DNA from: Spirochaetota bacterium
GTDB lineage: Bacteria > Spirochaetota > UBA4802 > UBA5550
DNA: 64,000 nucleotides
Direction: 5' to 3'
NCBI GenBank assembly: GCA_963664815.2
Contig: CAXXHB010000002.1
Span: 416,001-480,000, forward strand
The translations under genes were made by a program, and so were the position numbers. The notes under the pieces are model-generated. The model worked only from the letters and a program-made list of their open reading frames with translations. It was not told the origin of the DNA and did no database searches. Of this stretch, positions 1-10,457 are shown piece after piece. How positions within the stretch are numbered: position 1 is the stretch's first letter; each line of letters begins with the position of its first letter.

Positions 1-1
1 G

Positions 2-364
2 AGAATTAATATATTGCTTTCAAGAAATGGTAAAATTATAAATATCAAATTTGTATTAAGAGAGAAGGATGAATATGTCCGGCTGCAAAGTGAACTGGAT
101 CAGCTATTTCAGACGTATGGAGTTGAGGTTGATGAAGATGCCCTTACCGGAAATATTGTTGTCACTTATCTTTCTCCCAGAAGTACACATAAAAATATTG
201 AACAGGGTGATATTATTGTTTCTGTTAATGACAGGAAGATTTCATCTCTTGAAGGTTTTATAGAAAAATACAGGATTTCTGAAAGGAAAATACGCAATAT
301 TGTTGTTTTACGAGATTCTAGAACTCATGAAATTAATTTTGAAGATTTGAGTAATGAAGAATAA
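2..364 (+). CDS. C-terminal part of a PDZ-domain protein (probable HtrA/DegP-like protease), 5'-truncated by the window edge
   Basis: Frame is open from position 2; PDZ-like segment 'IEQGDIIVSVNDRKISS...IVVLRD'. Confidence 0.6.
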   Translation, partial: RINILLSRNGKIINIKFVLREKDEYVRLQSELDQLFQTYGVEVDEDALTGNIVVTYLSPRSTHKNIEQGDIIVSVNDRKISSLEGFIEKYRISERKIRNIVVLRDSRTHEINFEDLSNEE

Positions 365-806
365 TAGAGTAATAAAAAATTTACTGATAATTTCTGTGTT
401 TATAATATTGTTCTGCCCGAAGATCTTTGGTGAAGAAGCGGAATTTGTATTAGATGAGAAATTTTTTAAAGATTTCAGCAGGATTCAGATAATCCAGAGA
501 GATGATATTTTTCAATCCATGATTAATAAAATTATCATCGGCAGGGGGGTTATTACTGAAATTTCGGTTAATGAACGATATAAGAAAAAATTCAGGATTT
601 CTGTCGAATCATCTGATTCAGCAGCTTTTAATCAGAAGATAATTTTTTTTGTTTTTCTTGAAAATAAAGATACTGTAGATCTTCTTAATTTGAACACAAA
701 GTTTGAGTTCAAGGGTCAGTTAATGGAATATACACCTCTTTCTTCTAAAAGGAATGAGTTTATTCTTGATGTGATACTGATGGATGGATCAACAATTATT
801 GAATAA
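354..806 (+). CDS. Hypothetical exported protein
   Basis: 150-aa ORF with N-terminal signal peptide, overlapping the upstream stop. Confidence 0.6.
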   Translation: MKNNRVIKNLLIISVFIILFCPKIFGEEAEFVLDEKFFKDFSRIQIIQRDDIFQSMINKIIIGRGVITEISVNERYKKKFRISVESSDSAAFNQKIIFFVFLENKDTVDLLNLNTKFEFKGQLMEYTPLSSKRNEFILDVILMDGSTIIE

Positions 807-913
807 TTGCAGAAGAGCGGCTTACGTGTTTCTTATGACAGAGTAACATTTGTAAATAAATTATTAGATCTTTAAAATAGCAGATTTGTTATAAAACAAT
901 AAAGGGTTAAAAA

Positions 914-2200
914 ATGGAAAATATTAAAAAATCATACCAGACAATATTAGATGATAACTTTCCCGAAGAAATGACCATTAATTTCGGCAATCAGAAGCTC
1001 CAATATAAAAAAAGAATATGGAGGATTAATGATGAGGGTGTGGAAGTTGAAAGGGGTTTAAGGTATGGAGAGAATCCGGGACAGGAAGCGGCGATGTATG
1101 AACTCGTTAATGGAAATCTTGTTTTAGCGGGATGTGAGTTCATTAAACCAGGAAATTCTTTTGTAAGCGGTATTGACGAGGATATGCTGATTCAGTTCGG
1201 AAAACATCCGGGAAAGATTAATCTTACAGATATAGATAATTCTCTTAACATTTTAAAATATCTGATGGATAAACCAGCGGCTGTTATTGTTAAACATAAC
1301 AACCCCTGTGGAGTGGCATATGGTACGTCAATTGCAGAAGCTTTTAATCGTGCATACAGGGCTGACAGGATTGCTGCTTTCGGCGGATGTGTTGCTATGA
1401 ACAGAATATGTGATAAAGAGACTGCCGGACTGATTGCAGACAAGTATCTTGAGGTTGTTGTAGCTCCGGAGTATGATGGTGCTGCACTGGAGATTTTGAA
1501 AACAAAAAAGAATTTAAGAATAGTAAAGATACCGAGAATTGATCGTTTAGCTGAAGTGAGAGATGTTATTTTTCCTGATTTCAAATCTTTGATGGATGGA
1601 GGTTTAATTGTTCAGCAGTCATCAACTACCAGGATAAAATCAAGAAAAGATCTCCTTCCTGCAGAAACAGAATATAAAGGCCGTAAGTATTTTATTGAAA
1701 GAACTCCAACAGACAGAGAGTTTGAGGATATGCTTTTTGGCTGGTATGTAGAACAGGGTGTTACTTCAAATTCTGTTATTTATGTTAAGGATGGAGTTAC
1801 AGTAGGTATTGGAACAGGAGAACAGGACAGGGTTGGAGTAGCCGAGATTGCAATTTATAAAGCTTATACAAAGTATGCCGATCTGTTATGCTTTGACAGA
1901 TATGGAATTACATACAAAGAACTTGAACTTTCTGTAAAAAAAGGGGATCGAAACAGCTCAGATAAGGTATTAATTGATGAAGAAACTGCATCTGCAAGGG
2001 GTGGGCTTAAAGATTCGATTGCCATATCCGATGCTTTTTTCCCATTCAGGGATGGTGTGGATGTAATAATTGAACAGGGAATATCGGCAATATTACATCC
2101 TGGTGGTTCAATCAGGGATTTTGAGTCTATTGAAGCATGTAATGAGGCAAATCCAAAAGTTACAATGATGTTTACAGGTCAGAGAGCGTTTAAACATTAA
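914..2200 (+). CDS. purH: AICAR transformylase / IMP cyclohydrolase family (PurH-like, lacks the N-terminal MGS-like domain)
   Basis: Motifs LRYGENPGQ, KHNNPCGVA, SNSVIY, GIGTGEQDRV, SDAFFPFRDG, HPGGSIRD, FTGQRAFKH. Confidence 0.88.
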   Translation: MENIKKSYQTILDDNFPEEMTINFGNQKLQYKKRIWRINDEGVEVERGLRYGENPGQEAAMYELVNGNLVLAGCEFIKPGNSFVSGIDEDMLIQFGKHPGKINLTDIDNSLNILKYLMDKPAAVIVKHNNPCGVAYGTSIAEAFNRAYRADRIAAFGGCVAMNRICDKETAGLIADKYLEVVVAPEYDGAALEILKTKKNLRIVKIPRIDRLAEVRDVIFPDFKSLMDGGLIVQQSSTTRIKSRKDLLPAETEYKGRKYFIERTPTDREFEDMLFGWYVEQGVTSNSVIYVKDGVTVGIGTGEQDRVGVAEIAIYKAYTKYADLLCFDRYGITYKELELSVKKGDRNSSDKVLIDEETASARGGLKDSIAISDAFFPFRDGVDVIIEQGISAILHPGGSIRDFESIEACNEANPKVTMMFTGQRAFKH

Positions 2201-2220
2201 TTAACATATAAGTTAAAAAA

Positions 2221-2238
2221 AAGGGACGGTAGTCCCTT
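2221..2238. terminator. Probable bidirectional intrinsic terminator
   Basis: AAGGGAC-ggta-GTCCCTT hairpin flanked by A-tracts, between convergent genes. Confidence 0.6.
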
Positions 2239-2258
2239 AAAAAACTACAGGTTAAACA

Positions 2259-2915
2259 TTATCTTTTTTTCTGCTTTTCGTATTCTTTCATATATTGATC
2301 AATTAGACTAATTCTTCTGGTTGGTTCATTATTTTTTAGTTCATTTTCTTTTACAGGTGTTAATTTACCGGCAAAGAATTCAGCTATAAGTATAAAAGGT
2401 TTGGTTAAAATATCCTTTACTGTAACGAAAAACTCAACAATAAACTCAAAAGTGGATTTGAATAAAGGTTTTTTTGATCCTTTTCCAGAAGGAGCCGATT
2501 TCATCGGATTGAGAGCCTTTTGTACAGTATCTGTTGTTTTTGCAGTAACATTTACTACTGATGAAGTGATAGTTTTTCCCGTATTACCTGCTGCATTTTT
2601 CATTTTATACATAGAGGGAACAACTGATGGTGTTTTATCAAAACTTACAGTTGGTATTCTTGAAACTTTCTGAGATTTCTTTCTTGTTCTCATCGCAGGT
2701 CCACTTGATTCAGAACCTCTGTCAATCATGAAAAGAAATATATAATAAGCGTACATGAAATAGTTGTAGAAAATCCCGAAGAAAGCGAGCCATATATCTA
2801 TAAATGCCCAGAATACTTCTATCATTAGCTTGCCAAAATCGACTATTTTAAAAACAAAGCTGAAGGCATTATCAAGGGCAGCGTTAGAGAACTGCTTAAC
2901 CATTGTATATTTCAT
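2259..2915 (-). CDS. Hypothetical membrane protein
   Basis: 218-aa ORF with a hydrophobic aromatic N-terminal segment and a basic remainder. Confidence 0.65.
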   Translation of the reverse strand: MKYTMVKQFSNAALDNAFSFVFKIVDFGKLMIEVFWAFIDIWLAFFGIFYNYFMYAYYIFLFMIDRGSESSGPAMRTRKKSQKVSRIPTVSFDKTPSVVPSMYKMKNAAGNTGKTITSSVVNVTAKTTDTVQKALNPMKSAPSGKGSKKPLFKSTFEFIVEFFVTVKDILTKPFILIAEFFAGKLTPVKENELKNNEPTRRISLIDQYMKEYEKQKKR

Positions 2916-3176
2916 AAAGTACTCCGGATGTTTCAGTTTAAATAAAAATCTTGAAAATATTATTATTTTTATTTAAACTGAGTCAATGATTTTTTATTTG
3001 TTACATCAATAGTAATTCCCTTGTTTTTGTCAGTAAAAATAATACATTGTAAAGGAATACTTTGATGCTGGTGCCACCATCTGTTAAAAAAGAGCGGATT
3101 AATAAGAAAAGTGTTTTCATTGGAAGAACTTTTTTAAAAAAATGTTTTAAACAAATTTATACAACTAAAGCTTTTT

Positions 3177-3680
3177 ATGAAAAGTGGATATAAGATGAAT
3201 AAAATATATTTAGCTTCACCACTCGGTTTTACCGAATCAGGGAGATTTTTTCTTTATAAGAAATTAATTCCTCTTCTGGATGAGCTGAAAATATGTTATG
3301 TAGATCCCTGGAAACTTACGTCTGAAGATTTAATTAATAAAGCTGATAAAATTGAAAACCTTGCTGAAAGAAGAGAGGAATGGGTAAAACTGAACAGAAT
3401 CATTGCTGAAAATAATAAATCTGGTATTGAAGAATCAAATGGAATGATAGCTGTTCTTGATGGAACAGATATTGACAGCGGTACGGCTGCAGAAATTGGT
3501 TATGCTGCTGCGTCAGGTAAAAAAATCTGTGGTTATAGAAGCGATTTCAGACGCTCTGGCGATAATGAGGGTGCACTCATAAATCTTCAGGTGGAATATT
3601 TTATATTGAACTCAGGAGGTCGTATAGTATCTAACCTCGCTGAGTTGAAAGAAGAGTTAAAAAGAATATTTATCTCTTAA
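3177..3680 (+). CDS. Nucleoside 2-deoxyribosyltransferase family protein
   Basis: IYLASPLGF and DGTDIDSGTAAEIGYAAA motifs; start may be 3195. Confidence 0.85.
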   Translation: MKSGYKMNKIYLASPLGFTESGRFFLYKKLIPLLDELKICYVDPWKLTSEDLINKADKIENLAERREEWVKLNRIIAENNKSGIEESNGMIAVLDGTDIDSGTAAEIGYAAASGKKICGYRSDFRRSGDNEGALINLQVEYFILNSGGRIVSNLAELKEELKRIFIS

Positions 3681-4281
3681 TCGGTTTTACGTTATAATTA
3701 CGTCTGAAAAGAAGTTTTTCTTCAGTATCAAAAATCAGGATAGTTATTTCATTAAAAAAGTAATAATTTTTCATGTATTTACTGAAATGACGTGAACTGA
3801 ATGTAATTGTATCATTGAGTGTGTACGGCTTACCGCTTTTTTTATCAATACCTGCTTTAATATTTTTCGGATATTTCTGATATACTTTTTTTTCTGCACC
3901 TGATTGATCTTTTATGATATATTCATAATTTGAAATATCATCAGGGTATGTCTGAATCAGCTTTATTAATTTAGTGTCTTCCATGCTTGGTTTTTCAAAA
4001 CTTGATTTTGTAATATATTCTTTTTCGTAGGTTGCTATAACAAAAATATAGAGATTTACAGGAATATTTGTCTGATTTTCGATCTGGAACTGCGTTTCAA
4101 GGATTTCACCATTGCTGTCAGTCTGAATTTTAGAAAATGTAAGATTTTGAACCTTGAAAAGATCCGTGAAAATTGATAAAACCGGCTCTTTTTTTATATC
4201 CAATTTGTTATCAGCACCTTTATCCTGAGAGAAAAGGAATACAGGTGTAATTAAAAAAAGAATGATTAAGAGATGTTTCAT
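3670..4281 (-). CDS. Hypothetical exported protein
   Basis: 203-aa ORF with signal peptide and an AGGT RBS. Confidence 0.65.
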   Translation of the reverse strand: MKHLLIILFLITPVFLFSQDKGADNKLDIKKEPVLSIFTDLFKVQNLTFSKIQTDSNGEILETQFQIENQTNIPVNLYIFVIATYEKEYITKSSFEKPSMEDTKLIKLIQTYPDDISNYEYIIKDQSGAEKKVYQKYPKNIKAGIDKKSGKPYTLNDTITFSSRHFSKYMKNYYFFNEITILIFDTEEKLLFRRNYNVKPIKR

Positions 4282-4336
4282 TTTTCTACCTTTAATTCAG
4301 TATTATATTCTTAATTTTCGACAGAATTTATTTTTT

Positions 4337-7300
4337 TTAAAGTATAATTCTCTCAAATCCTTCTTTTTTAGCTACATCTGATATGAAATGTTTTTTCCAG
4401 TTTCGCCCCAAAAAAAGCTCTGCAAGATAAACTGCCATTGCTTTTCCTGTAACAGATGTTCTGCTGTTTATTTTAGAAAGACCCTGTGTACAACTTGGAC
4501 ATGTTGTAATAACTGTAATACTCTCCTTTTTCTCGAAGAGAGCGGCTATGTTAATCGATTTTCTCTCTCTTAAAGAGTTTGATATTGATGGAGAGGAGAG
4601 TGACATCGTTCCACCTTCTCCGCAACAATTCGGTATGACAACCGGTTTCTTTCCCAGTATAATATCAAAAGTTTTATTTACTCCAAAATCTTTTAATGGA
4701 GAGTGACAGGGATCATGGTAAAAAACTGTATCTTTTTGTGTTTTTTTATAGAGACTCTCTCTGGCAATAAAAGCATTGATATCAGTAATCTGTGAGTTTG
4801 GGAAAATATTTTCTATTTTGTATTTATTCAGCATTTCATAGCATGTGCCGCATGATACAATTATATCTTCGATTTCCATATAGCTTATTATATCCGACAT
4901 TCTGTGAAGAAGAACCCGGTTTTCATAACTCTTTGTTTCTGCTTCTTTCAGTTTCCCGTTAAAAAGGAATGGATATCCGCAACAAAGATATTCAGGCGGA
5001 ATTACAACACGTACACCGGCATTATAAAGAAGAGCTATTACCGCTATGCTGATTTCAGGGAACATTCGTTCAGAACCGCAACCGGGGAAATAGATCACAC
5101 TTTTAATCAGTTCTTTATCAGGATTTTGAAATGCAAAAAAAGTATTTACACCTTTCAATCCCAGATAATCCCTTAGAGATGGAGTTCCTGATTTTGAAAA
5201 GCGTGACTGAAGAATTCCATTAATTTTCGGTATAAGAATTTCAGTTACATTGTTAACAGGTTTATTCAGAAGATATCCAAATCTCTGCATGGAAAATCCG
5301 AATTTAAGCAATGCCAGCCGGAACAATTTGTTAGTATAATATCCCTTTCTTTTCAGATAGAAAAGAAGCAGATTTATAATCATTTTAGGTTCTGCCCTCT
5401 TTCTGTCATAAAGCAGATTCTTGATGGCCAGTGTTACAATTCCGAAATCGATATCTACTGGACATGGAGTATAGCAGTTATGGCAGCCTGTACAATGATC
5501 TGATATATCACGAAGCATCCGGAAATTCCTGAAACTCAGGTTATTGGTAGTCTGTGCCTCGTAAAGAACTGCTTCAGTGATCAGAGTTACTGCCAGGATT
5601 TTATTCCTGGGACTGTAAAACATAGTGCAGACCGGGACATGAGTGTTGCATACCTCCTTGCATTTACCACACCTTACGCATGCTGCAATCGACTTTGTAA
5701 GATCTTTCATGTCTGCAACCTCGAGAATGAAAGCCTCAAGCTCCAGCAGGTTAAGAGATGGAGTATACACGGAGCTGTGAGGGAAATCATGTCGAAGTTT
5801 TCCCGGGTTGAACAGGTGCCCGGGATCTGCCTCATCTTTATACTCGGCATAGGCGTCAAGGAGTTCTTTATCAATGAATTTAAGCTTGGTAAGACCTATG
5901 CCATGTTCACCTGAGATAACGCCGTTGAATTTCTCAGTGGTTTCTTTCATGACAATTCCGGCAATTTCCTCAGCCTCAATCATCATTCGGTAATCGTTTG
6001 AATGAACCGGAATATTTACATGGATATTTCCGTCACCTGCATGCATATGGGTAGCAATAATTATTTTTCTGCTCTGCCTGAATTCAACAATTTCATCGAA
6101 TGAGCTTATTATATCATTATAACCATGAAAGTTTTTTCTGAACCTGTTCAGGATTGTATCTGAAATGGTATATTGTATCTCACCGTCACGCAGAAGTTCG
6201 AAAAGGGGTCTGTCCCTTTTTTCAGGATTTATATCCGGTAGATGAGTTCCGGCAGTTTTTTCAATATTGTGGATGAATTCTGTCTGTATTGCCTTGATGC
6301 CATTTATGTAGTTTATGTAGTTTTCAATTTTGGTCTGGAAGAAGACATCCTCCTTTCCCTGAAGGGTTTTAAAATAGGCCGCAAGCTCGTCTATGAGGGA
6401 ACAGTTGTTTTCCAGCTCTTTTTGAAGATTAAGCCTGTCTATGAAGTCTGAAAAATGCGGGAGCGCTTCAACAGGAATAACTATATCTTCGTTGAGTTTG
6501 AAAGCATTTGTATGACGTGCAATGGCTCCCAGGTTTTTCCTGTCTTTCCAGAAGAGTTCTCTTTTTTCTTCAGAGTCGGCGATGAAACCCTCCGTGTTGT
6601 ATAATTTTACTATTTCAAGAATGTTGTTTGAAGATATTTCAAGTTCTTTAAGATCATCGCTTTCCACATCTATCAACAGTACCGCCTTGGGGAAGTCGCT
6701 GCGGTCTGATTTGTTTCTGTAGTTTATTGCGCTTACATATTTTTCGTCGAAGTGTTCAAGAGCAGTCAGGTGTGCATGGTCGTTAGCATTAAAGGATTCT
6801 CTTATTTCAACTATTGCCTTTGATGCGTTAATCATGTTTGTTCCGAAGAATTCAAGACAGATTGTCCGGCAATGATCAAATGGTTTGTAGAGAACAAATT
6901 TTGCTGAGATGATTACACCATCTCCGCCCTCTTTCTGTATTCCCGGAAGCCCTTTAAGCGCCTTATTTGTTATATCCTTTCCTACTCCCTGCTTTCTTAT
7001 ATCAAGACCGTTGAGTATAATTGTTTTTAATAGTTTTTCTCCTTTTCTTTTGGAAAGTAAGTATACCTCAAAGACGACAGTATCTTCCGGTTCAATTTTC
7101 CTGTGGGGATGATTCTTTCTTCTTACGTCAAGGACATGGCCTTCGGCATTTACGATTTTAAAAGAAAAGATGTTGTCAATGGCTGTGCCCCACATTACGC
7201 ATTTTTTACCACCTGCGTTTTCGGCAATATTACCTCCGATTGTTGATGCCCAGCCGGATGTGGGGTCAGTGGCAAAAATGTATCCTCTGTCCTTGCAGTA

Positions 7301-8050
7301 ATGCGTTACGACATCGGTAATGACTCCCGCGTCTGTTTCAACAATAGGGATTTTATTTCCGTTTACAGTTACGAATTCAATTTCACTGATGTTGCGCATT
7401 TTTTCAGTATTTATTATCATTGTATCCGGAAGAATAGGGATTGCCCCTCCGGTCATGCCTGTTCCGCCACCACGAGGTATAATTTTGAGGTCGAGAGAAG
7501 CCGCCGCTTTGATAATTTTTGTTATTTCAGATGTTGTTTCCGGGTATACAATGACTTCAGGGTATTCAACCCTCCAGTCTGTTGAGTCTGTAACATGCGT
7601 TACTTTCTGAAATGCAGAGAAGTGAATATTTTTCCTGGAGACTATCGGGTTCAGTGTATTGAAAATTTTATTACGTTTTTTTCTTTCAGTCCGGAATTTG
7701 TGAAAAAAAATGTCATCAACCTTTATAAGTCTTTCAAGCAGTTCAAGAACCTGTTTATTGGAGGTTTTATTTCTTATAGACTCAAACCGGATTTCATGGA
7801 GTTTTTTTAATCTCTTCTGCTTTTTTATATCATGAAGGAAATCGTTGAAAATATATGGATTACGGTCTATGATAAATATATCACCAATAATCTCAAAAAT
7901 AAGCCGTGCACTTCGTCCTGTTTTCCTTGTAGTTCTCAGGGTGTTTAAAAGCGCCCAGATATCGTCATCGAAATATTTTAGTATAATCTCCTTGTCGGAA
8001 AAAGACGTATAGTTGTAAGGGATCTCCCTGTAGCCGAAATCTTTTTTCAT
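4337..8050 (-). CDS. FAD-binding / 4Fe-4S / CCG-domain oxidoreductase (GlcD+GlcF-like fusion, DUF3683-type N-terminus)
   Basis: REIPYNYTSFSDKEI N-terminus; PRGGGTG, STIGGNIAENAGG, HAGDGNIH, GEHGIG; CVRCGKCKEVC and CTGCHNCYTPCP ferredoxin motifs; CCG motifs. Confidence 0.85.
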   Translation of the reverse strand: MKKDFGYREIPYNYTSFSDKEIILKYFDDDIWALLNTLRTTRKTGRSARLIFEIIGDIFIIDRNPYIFNDFLHDIKKQKRLKKLHEIRFESIRNKTSNKQVLELLERLIKVDDIFFHKFRTERKKRNKIFNTLNPIVSRKNIHFSAFQKVTHVTDSTDWRVEYPEVIVYPETTSEITKIIKAAASLDLKIIPRGGGTGMTGGAIPILPDTMIINTEKMRNISEIEFVTVNGNKIPIVETDAGVITDVVTHYCKDRGYIFATDPTSGWASTIGGNIAENAGGKKCVMWGTAIDNIFSFKIVNAEGHVLDVRRKNHPHRKIEPEDTVVFEVYLLSKRKGEKLLKTIILNGLDIRKQGVGKDITNKALKGLPGIQKEGGDGVIISAKFVLYKPFDHCRTICLEFFGTNMINASKAIVEIRESFNANDHAHLTALEHFDEKYVSAINYRNKSDRSDFPKAVLLIDVESDDLKELEISSNNILEIVKLYNTEGFIADSEEKRELFWKDRKNLGAIARHTNAFKLNEDIVIPVEALPHFSDFIDRLNLQKELENNCSLIDELAAYFKTLQGKEDVFFQTKIENYINYINGIKAIQTEFIHNIEKTAGTHLPDINPEKRDRPLFELLRDGEIQYTISDTILNRFRKNFHGYNDIISSFDEIVEFRQSRKIIIATHMHAGDGNIHVNIPVHSNDYRMMIEAEEIAGIVMKETTEKFNGVISGEHGIGLTKLKFIDKELLDAYAEYKDEADPGHLFNPGKLRHDFPHSSVYTPSLNLLELEAFILEVADMKDLTKSIAACVRCGKCKEVCNTHVPVCTMFYSPRNKILAVTLITEAVLYEAQTTNNLSFRNFRMLRDISDHCTGCHNCYTPCPVDIDFGIVTLAIKNLLYDRKRAEPKMIINLLLFYLKRKGYYTNKLFRLALLKFGFSMQRFGYLLNKPVNNVTEILIPKINGILQSRFSKSGTPSLRDYLGLKGVNTFFAFQNPDKELIKSVIYFPGCGSERMFPEISIAVIALLYNAGVRVVIPPEYLCCGYPFLFNGKLKEAETKSYENRVLLHRMSDIISYMEIEDIIVSCGTCYEMLNKYKIENIFPNSQITDINAFIARESLYKKTQKDTVFYHDPCHSPLKDFGVNKTFDIILGKKPVVIPNCCGEGGTMSLSSPSISNSLRERKSINIAALFEKKESITVITTCPSCTQGLSKINSRTSVTGKAMAVYLAELFLGRNWKKHFISDVAKKEGFERIIL

Positions 8051-8280
8051 GAAATATATCCGTATATTAAAAAATAAAAACCCACATTACTCACATAACT
8101 TATGACGACATCTGTCAAGTAAATTCGGGTAGTATTTTATCCGGTAAAAGAAGGGTAAAAGGTTGAATTTTTTATCTATGGTCTATGATTTTAAAACAGT
8201 AGTTAATCATGGAGTTTTTTTAGTTGAGAATGTATTTTTTAAGTAGACAGCTGCAATTTTATTAACAGTAAAACGAGAGA

Positions 8281-8841
8281 CTAAAATCCGAGTTCGTCAC
8301 TTATATCCTGCATTGCTTTTAAAGATATTTCTGCAAACTCCTCCAAAGGAATTCCTATTTTCTCGCACTCCATAATATTCTCCCTTTTTACAGATGCGGC
8401 AAATATTTTTTCTTTCATTCGCTTGGTTATAGATTTTGCTTTAACACTTGCGAGTTTTTTATCTGGGTAGACGAGTGTTGTTGCAAAGATAAGCCCGGTG
8501 ATAGTTTCGCATGCAGCAAGGGCATGATGGAATTTTTCCGACCTTTCCATGCCGGTAGCCTCTTCATTATGCATTTTAATTGCTTCAATAATCTCAGGAT
8601 TGTAGCCTTTTCCGGATAATATTTCAACAGCTTTGAGACCGTGGGTTTTCATATCGGCATTGGTTACTTCAACATCTATATCATGAAGAAGACCTGCTAA
8701 ACCCCATTCGTTTTCATTTTCACCAAGACGGTTTGCAACTGCACGCATTACAACCTCTGATGCAAGAGAGTGAGCGAACATTCTGTCGTTTTTAATATAT
8801 CCTTTTAACAGAGCAACGGATTCTTCCCTTGAAATAGCCAT
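8281..8841 (-). CDS. HD (HDIG) domain metal-dependent phosphohydrolase
   Basis: HSLA...GLLHDID...HG motifs; start placed at MAISREE with an AGAGGT RBS. Confidence 0.85.
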   Translation of the reverse strand: MAISREESVALLKGYIKNDRMFAHSLASEVVMRAVANRLGENENEWGLAGLLHDIDVEVTNADMKTHGLKAVEILSGKGYNPEIIEAIKMHNEEATGMERSEKFHHALAACETITGLIFATTLVYPDKKLASVKAKSITKRMKEKIFAASVKRENIMECEKIGIPLEEFAEISLKAMQDISDELGF

Positions 8842-8991
8842 ATCAGTACCTCTTGAATATAAGACCATTTTAAACATTTAATCATTTCATGCAAGGTTTT
8901 TTAGGGATTGAGTCGGGAAATAATTAAAGTAATTGCTATTTATGATGATTTGATACATATATAAATTGAAAATAAAAAAGGAGAATTTCAA

Positions 8992-9561
8992 ATGAAAGAG
9001 ATTGTAAAAATGATAATGTTTCCCTTTGCTGTTATGGTATTATTAATATCAATAATGGTTTTGCCCGGAGATTCTGCTCCGGTAAATGGTACTCCGTTAG
9101 GGAACAGTGACCTCAAGATTTTTTATAAGACCGGTAAATCACTCGGATTATTTTTAACACAATATAAAGAGTTCATCGATATTACAGAAAACAGCGGAAG
9201 GTGGGAGGATGAAAATAAATACCAGTATACATGGGATGAGGGCCAGGCTGCGTTTATAAAGACTACTGAGATGAAAACTCCGCAACTTGTACTGCTGGTT
9301 TTAGATGAAAACTTTAAAACTTTCAGAGGTATAAAAAAAGGTTCAACAACTGAAGAGATAATAAAAGCCTATTCAGACAATTATGAAACAATCGAAGCAG
9401 GAGATGGGGTATGGTTTGTTTATAAATGGACTGCAGGCAGCCCGGTGCCATATATAAACGGGAAAACGTTTTCTCTCTCCTTTTATATTGTGGATGATGC
9501 GGTAAAATCGGTTATGTTGAAAATGGAAAGCGAAGAGACTGAAGAGATCCCTGTAGGATAA
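8992..9561 (+). CDS. Hypothetical exported protein
   Basis: 189-aa ORF, AGGAG RBS, N-terminal signal; 'TFRGIKKGST.EEI.KAY' segment. Confidence 0.65.
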   Translation: MKEIVKMIMFPFAVMVLLISIMVLPGDSAPVNGTPLGNSDLKIFYKTGKSLGLFLTQYKEFIDITENSGRWEDENKYQYTWDEGQAAFIKTTEMKTPQLVLLVLDENFKTFRGIKKGSTTEEIIKAYSDNYETIEAGDGVWFVYKWTAGSPVPYINGKTFSLSFYIVDDAVKSVMLKMESEETEEIPVG

Positions 9562-9831
9562 TTATCAATGAACTGATGACAAATATCCTGAAGTACTCTT
9601 TTAATCCCGAAGATGAGGATAGTATAGTATTCAATGCTTATTCGATGGAGAATAGGATAGTTATTGAAATATCAGACAATGGAAGTGGATTGCCGGAATC
9701 ATTTGATATAAAAAATTCAGATGGTTTTTAGTTTACAGGTTGTTACAATGTTAAGTGAACAGATTGGCGGTTTAATTAAATTTGAGAGAATTAATGAAAC
9801 ACGGTTTATACCTGAAATTCAGCAGGAGTAA
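9547..9831 (+). pseudogene. Remnant of a HisKA_2/HATPase_c histidine kinase catalytic domain
   Basis: Manual translation across two frameshifts: IPVG/IIINELMTNILKYSF...IEISDNGSGLPESFDIKNSDGF/SLQVVTMLSEQIGG..FER...TRF (N, G1 and G2-like boxes). Confidence 0.75.
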
Positions 9832-9873
9832 AAATATTTGAGAGTAAGCCGGATTTTTCTTCAGGTTGATAAA

Positions 9874-10242
9874 TTATAACCAGGGCTGATAAGAAATATT
9901 CTTTTTATCATAAACGCTTTTCAGTGCTTCTGATTCAGTTTCATATATTTCAAATAATGACATTGAATTTGTAATATTGAAAGTCTTTCTGACAAATCCA
10001 TTTAAACCGGTAATTATCAGGAATCCTCCGATTTTTTTTAACTCCAGCATTGTTGTTATAAAAACGCCAAGACCGGAGGAATCAATGAAGAATACTTTTT
10101 CCAGATTCATAATTACAAATATTTTGTCTTCAATTATCAGGTCATTGATTGCAGTTTTGAGACTGACCGCATTATAAAGATCTATTTTATCACTTGGTTT
10201 TACAATGGCAATTTTATTAACTGATTTTATCTCAATATTCAT
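9874..10242 (-). CDS. STAS domain anti-sigma factor antagonist
   Basis: V.FIDSSGLG motif. Confidence 0.85.
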   Translation of the reverse strand: MNIEIKSVNKIAIVKPSDKIDLYNAVSLKTAINDLIIEDKIFVIMNLEKVFFIDSSGLGVFITTMLELKKIGGFLIITGLNGFVRKTFNITNSMSLFEIYETESEALKSVYDKKNISYQPWL

Positions 10243-10457
10243 CTGGACAAATCTCTAGAGTATTCAGAAGACTGAGACCTTTTTTATTTGTAAAAAGTTC
10301 CATTTTATTTTTTTTTAATGGATGTGAAAAAAAATAATTTAATTCTATTCAATGATTGTAATGAAGCTATTATTAGTGTATTTGACTATCGCTTAAAAAT
10401 AGTTATAAACCTTCGTTGATGTTGTTATACTCCGGCTGGTGAGCATATTTAATAACT

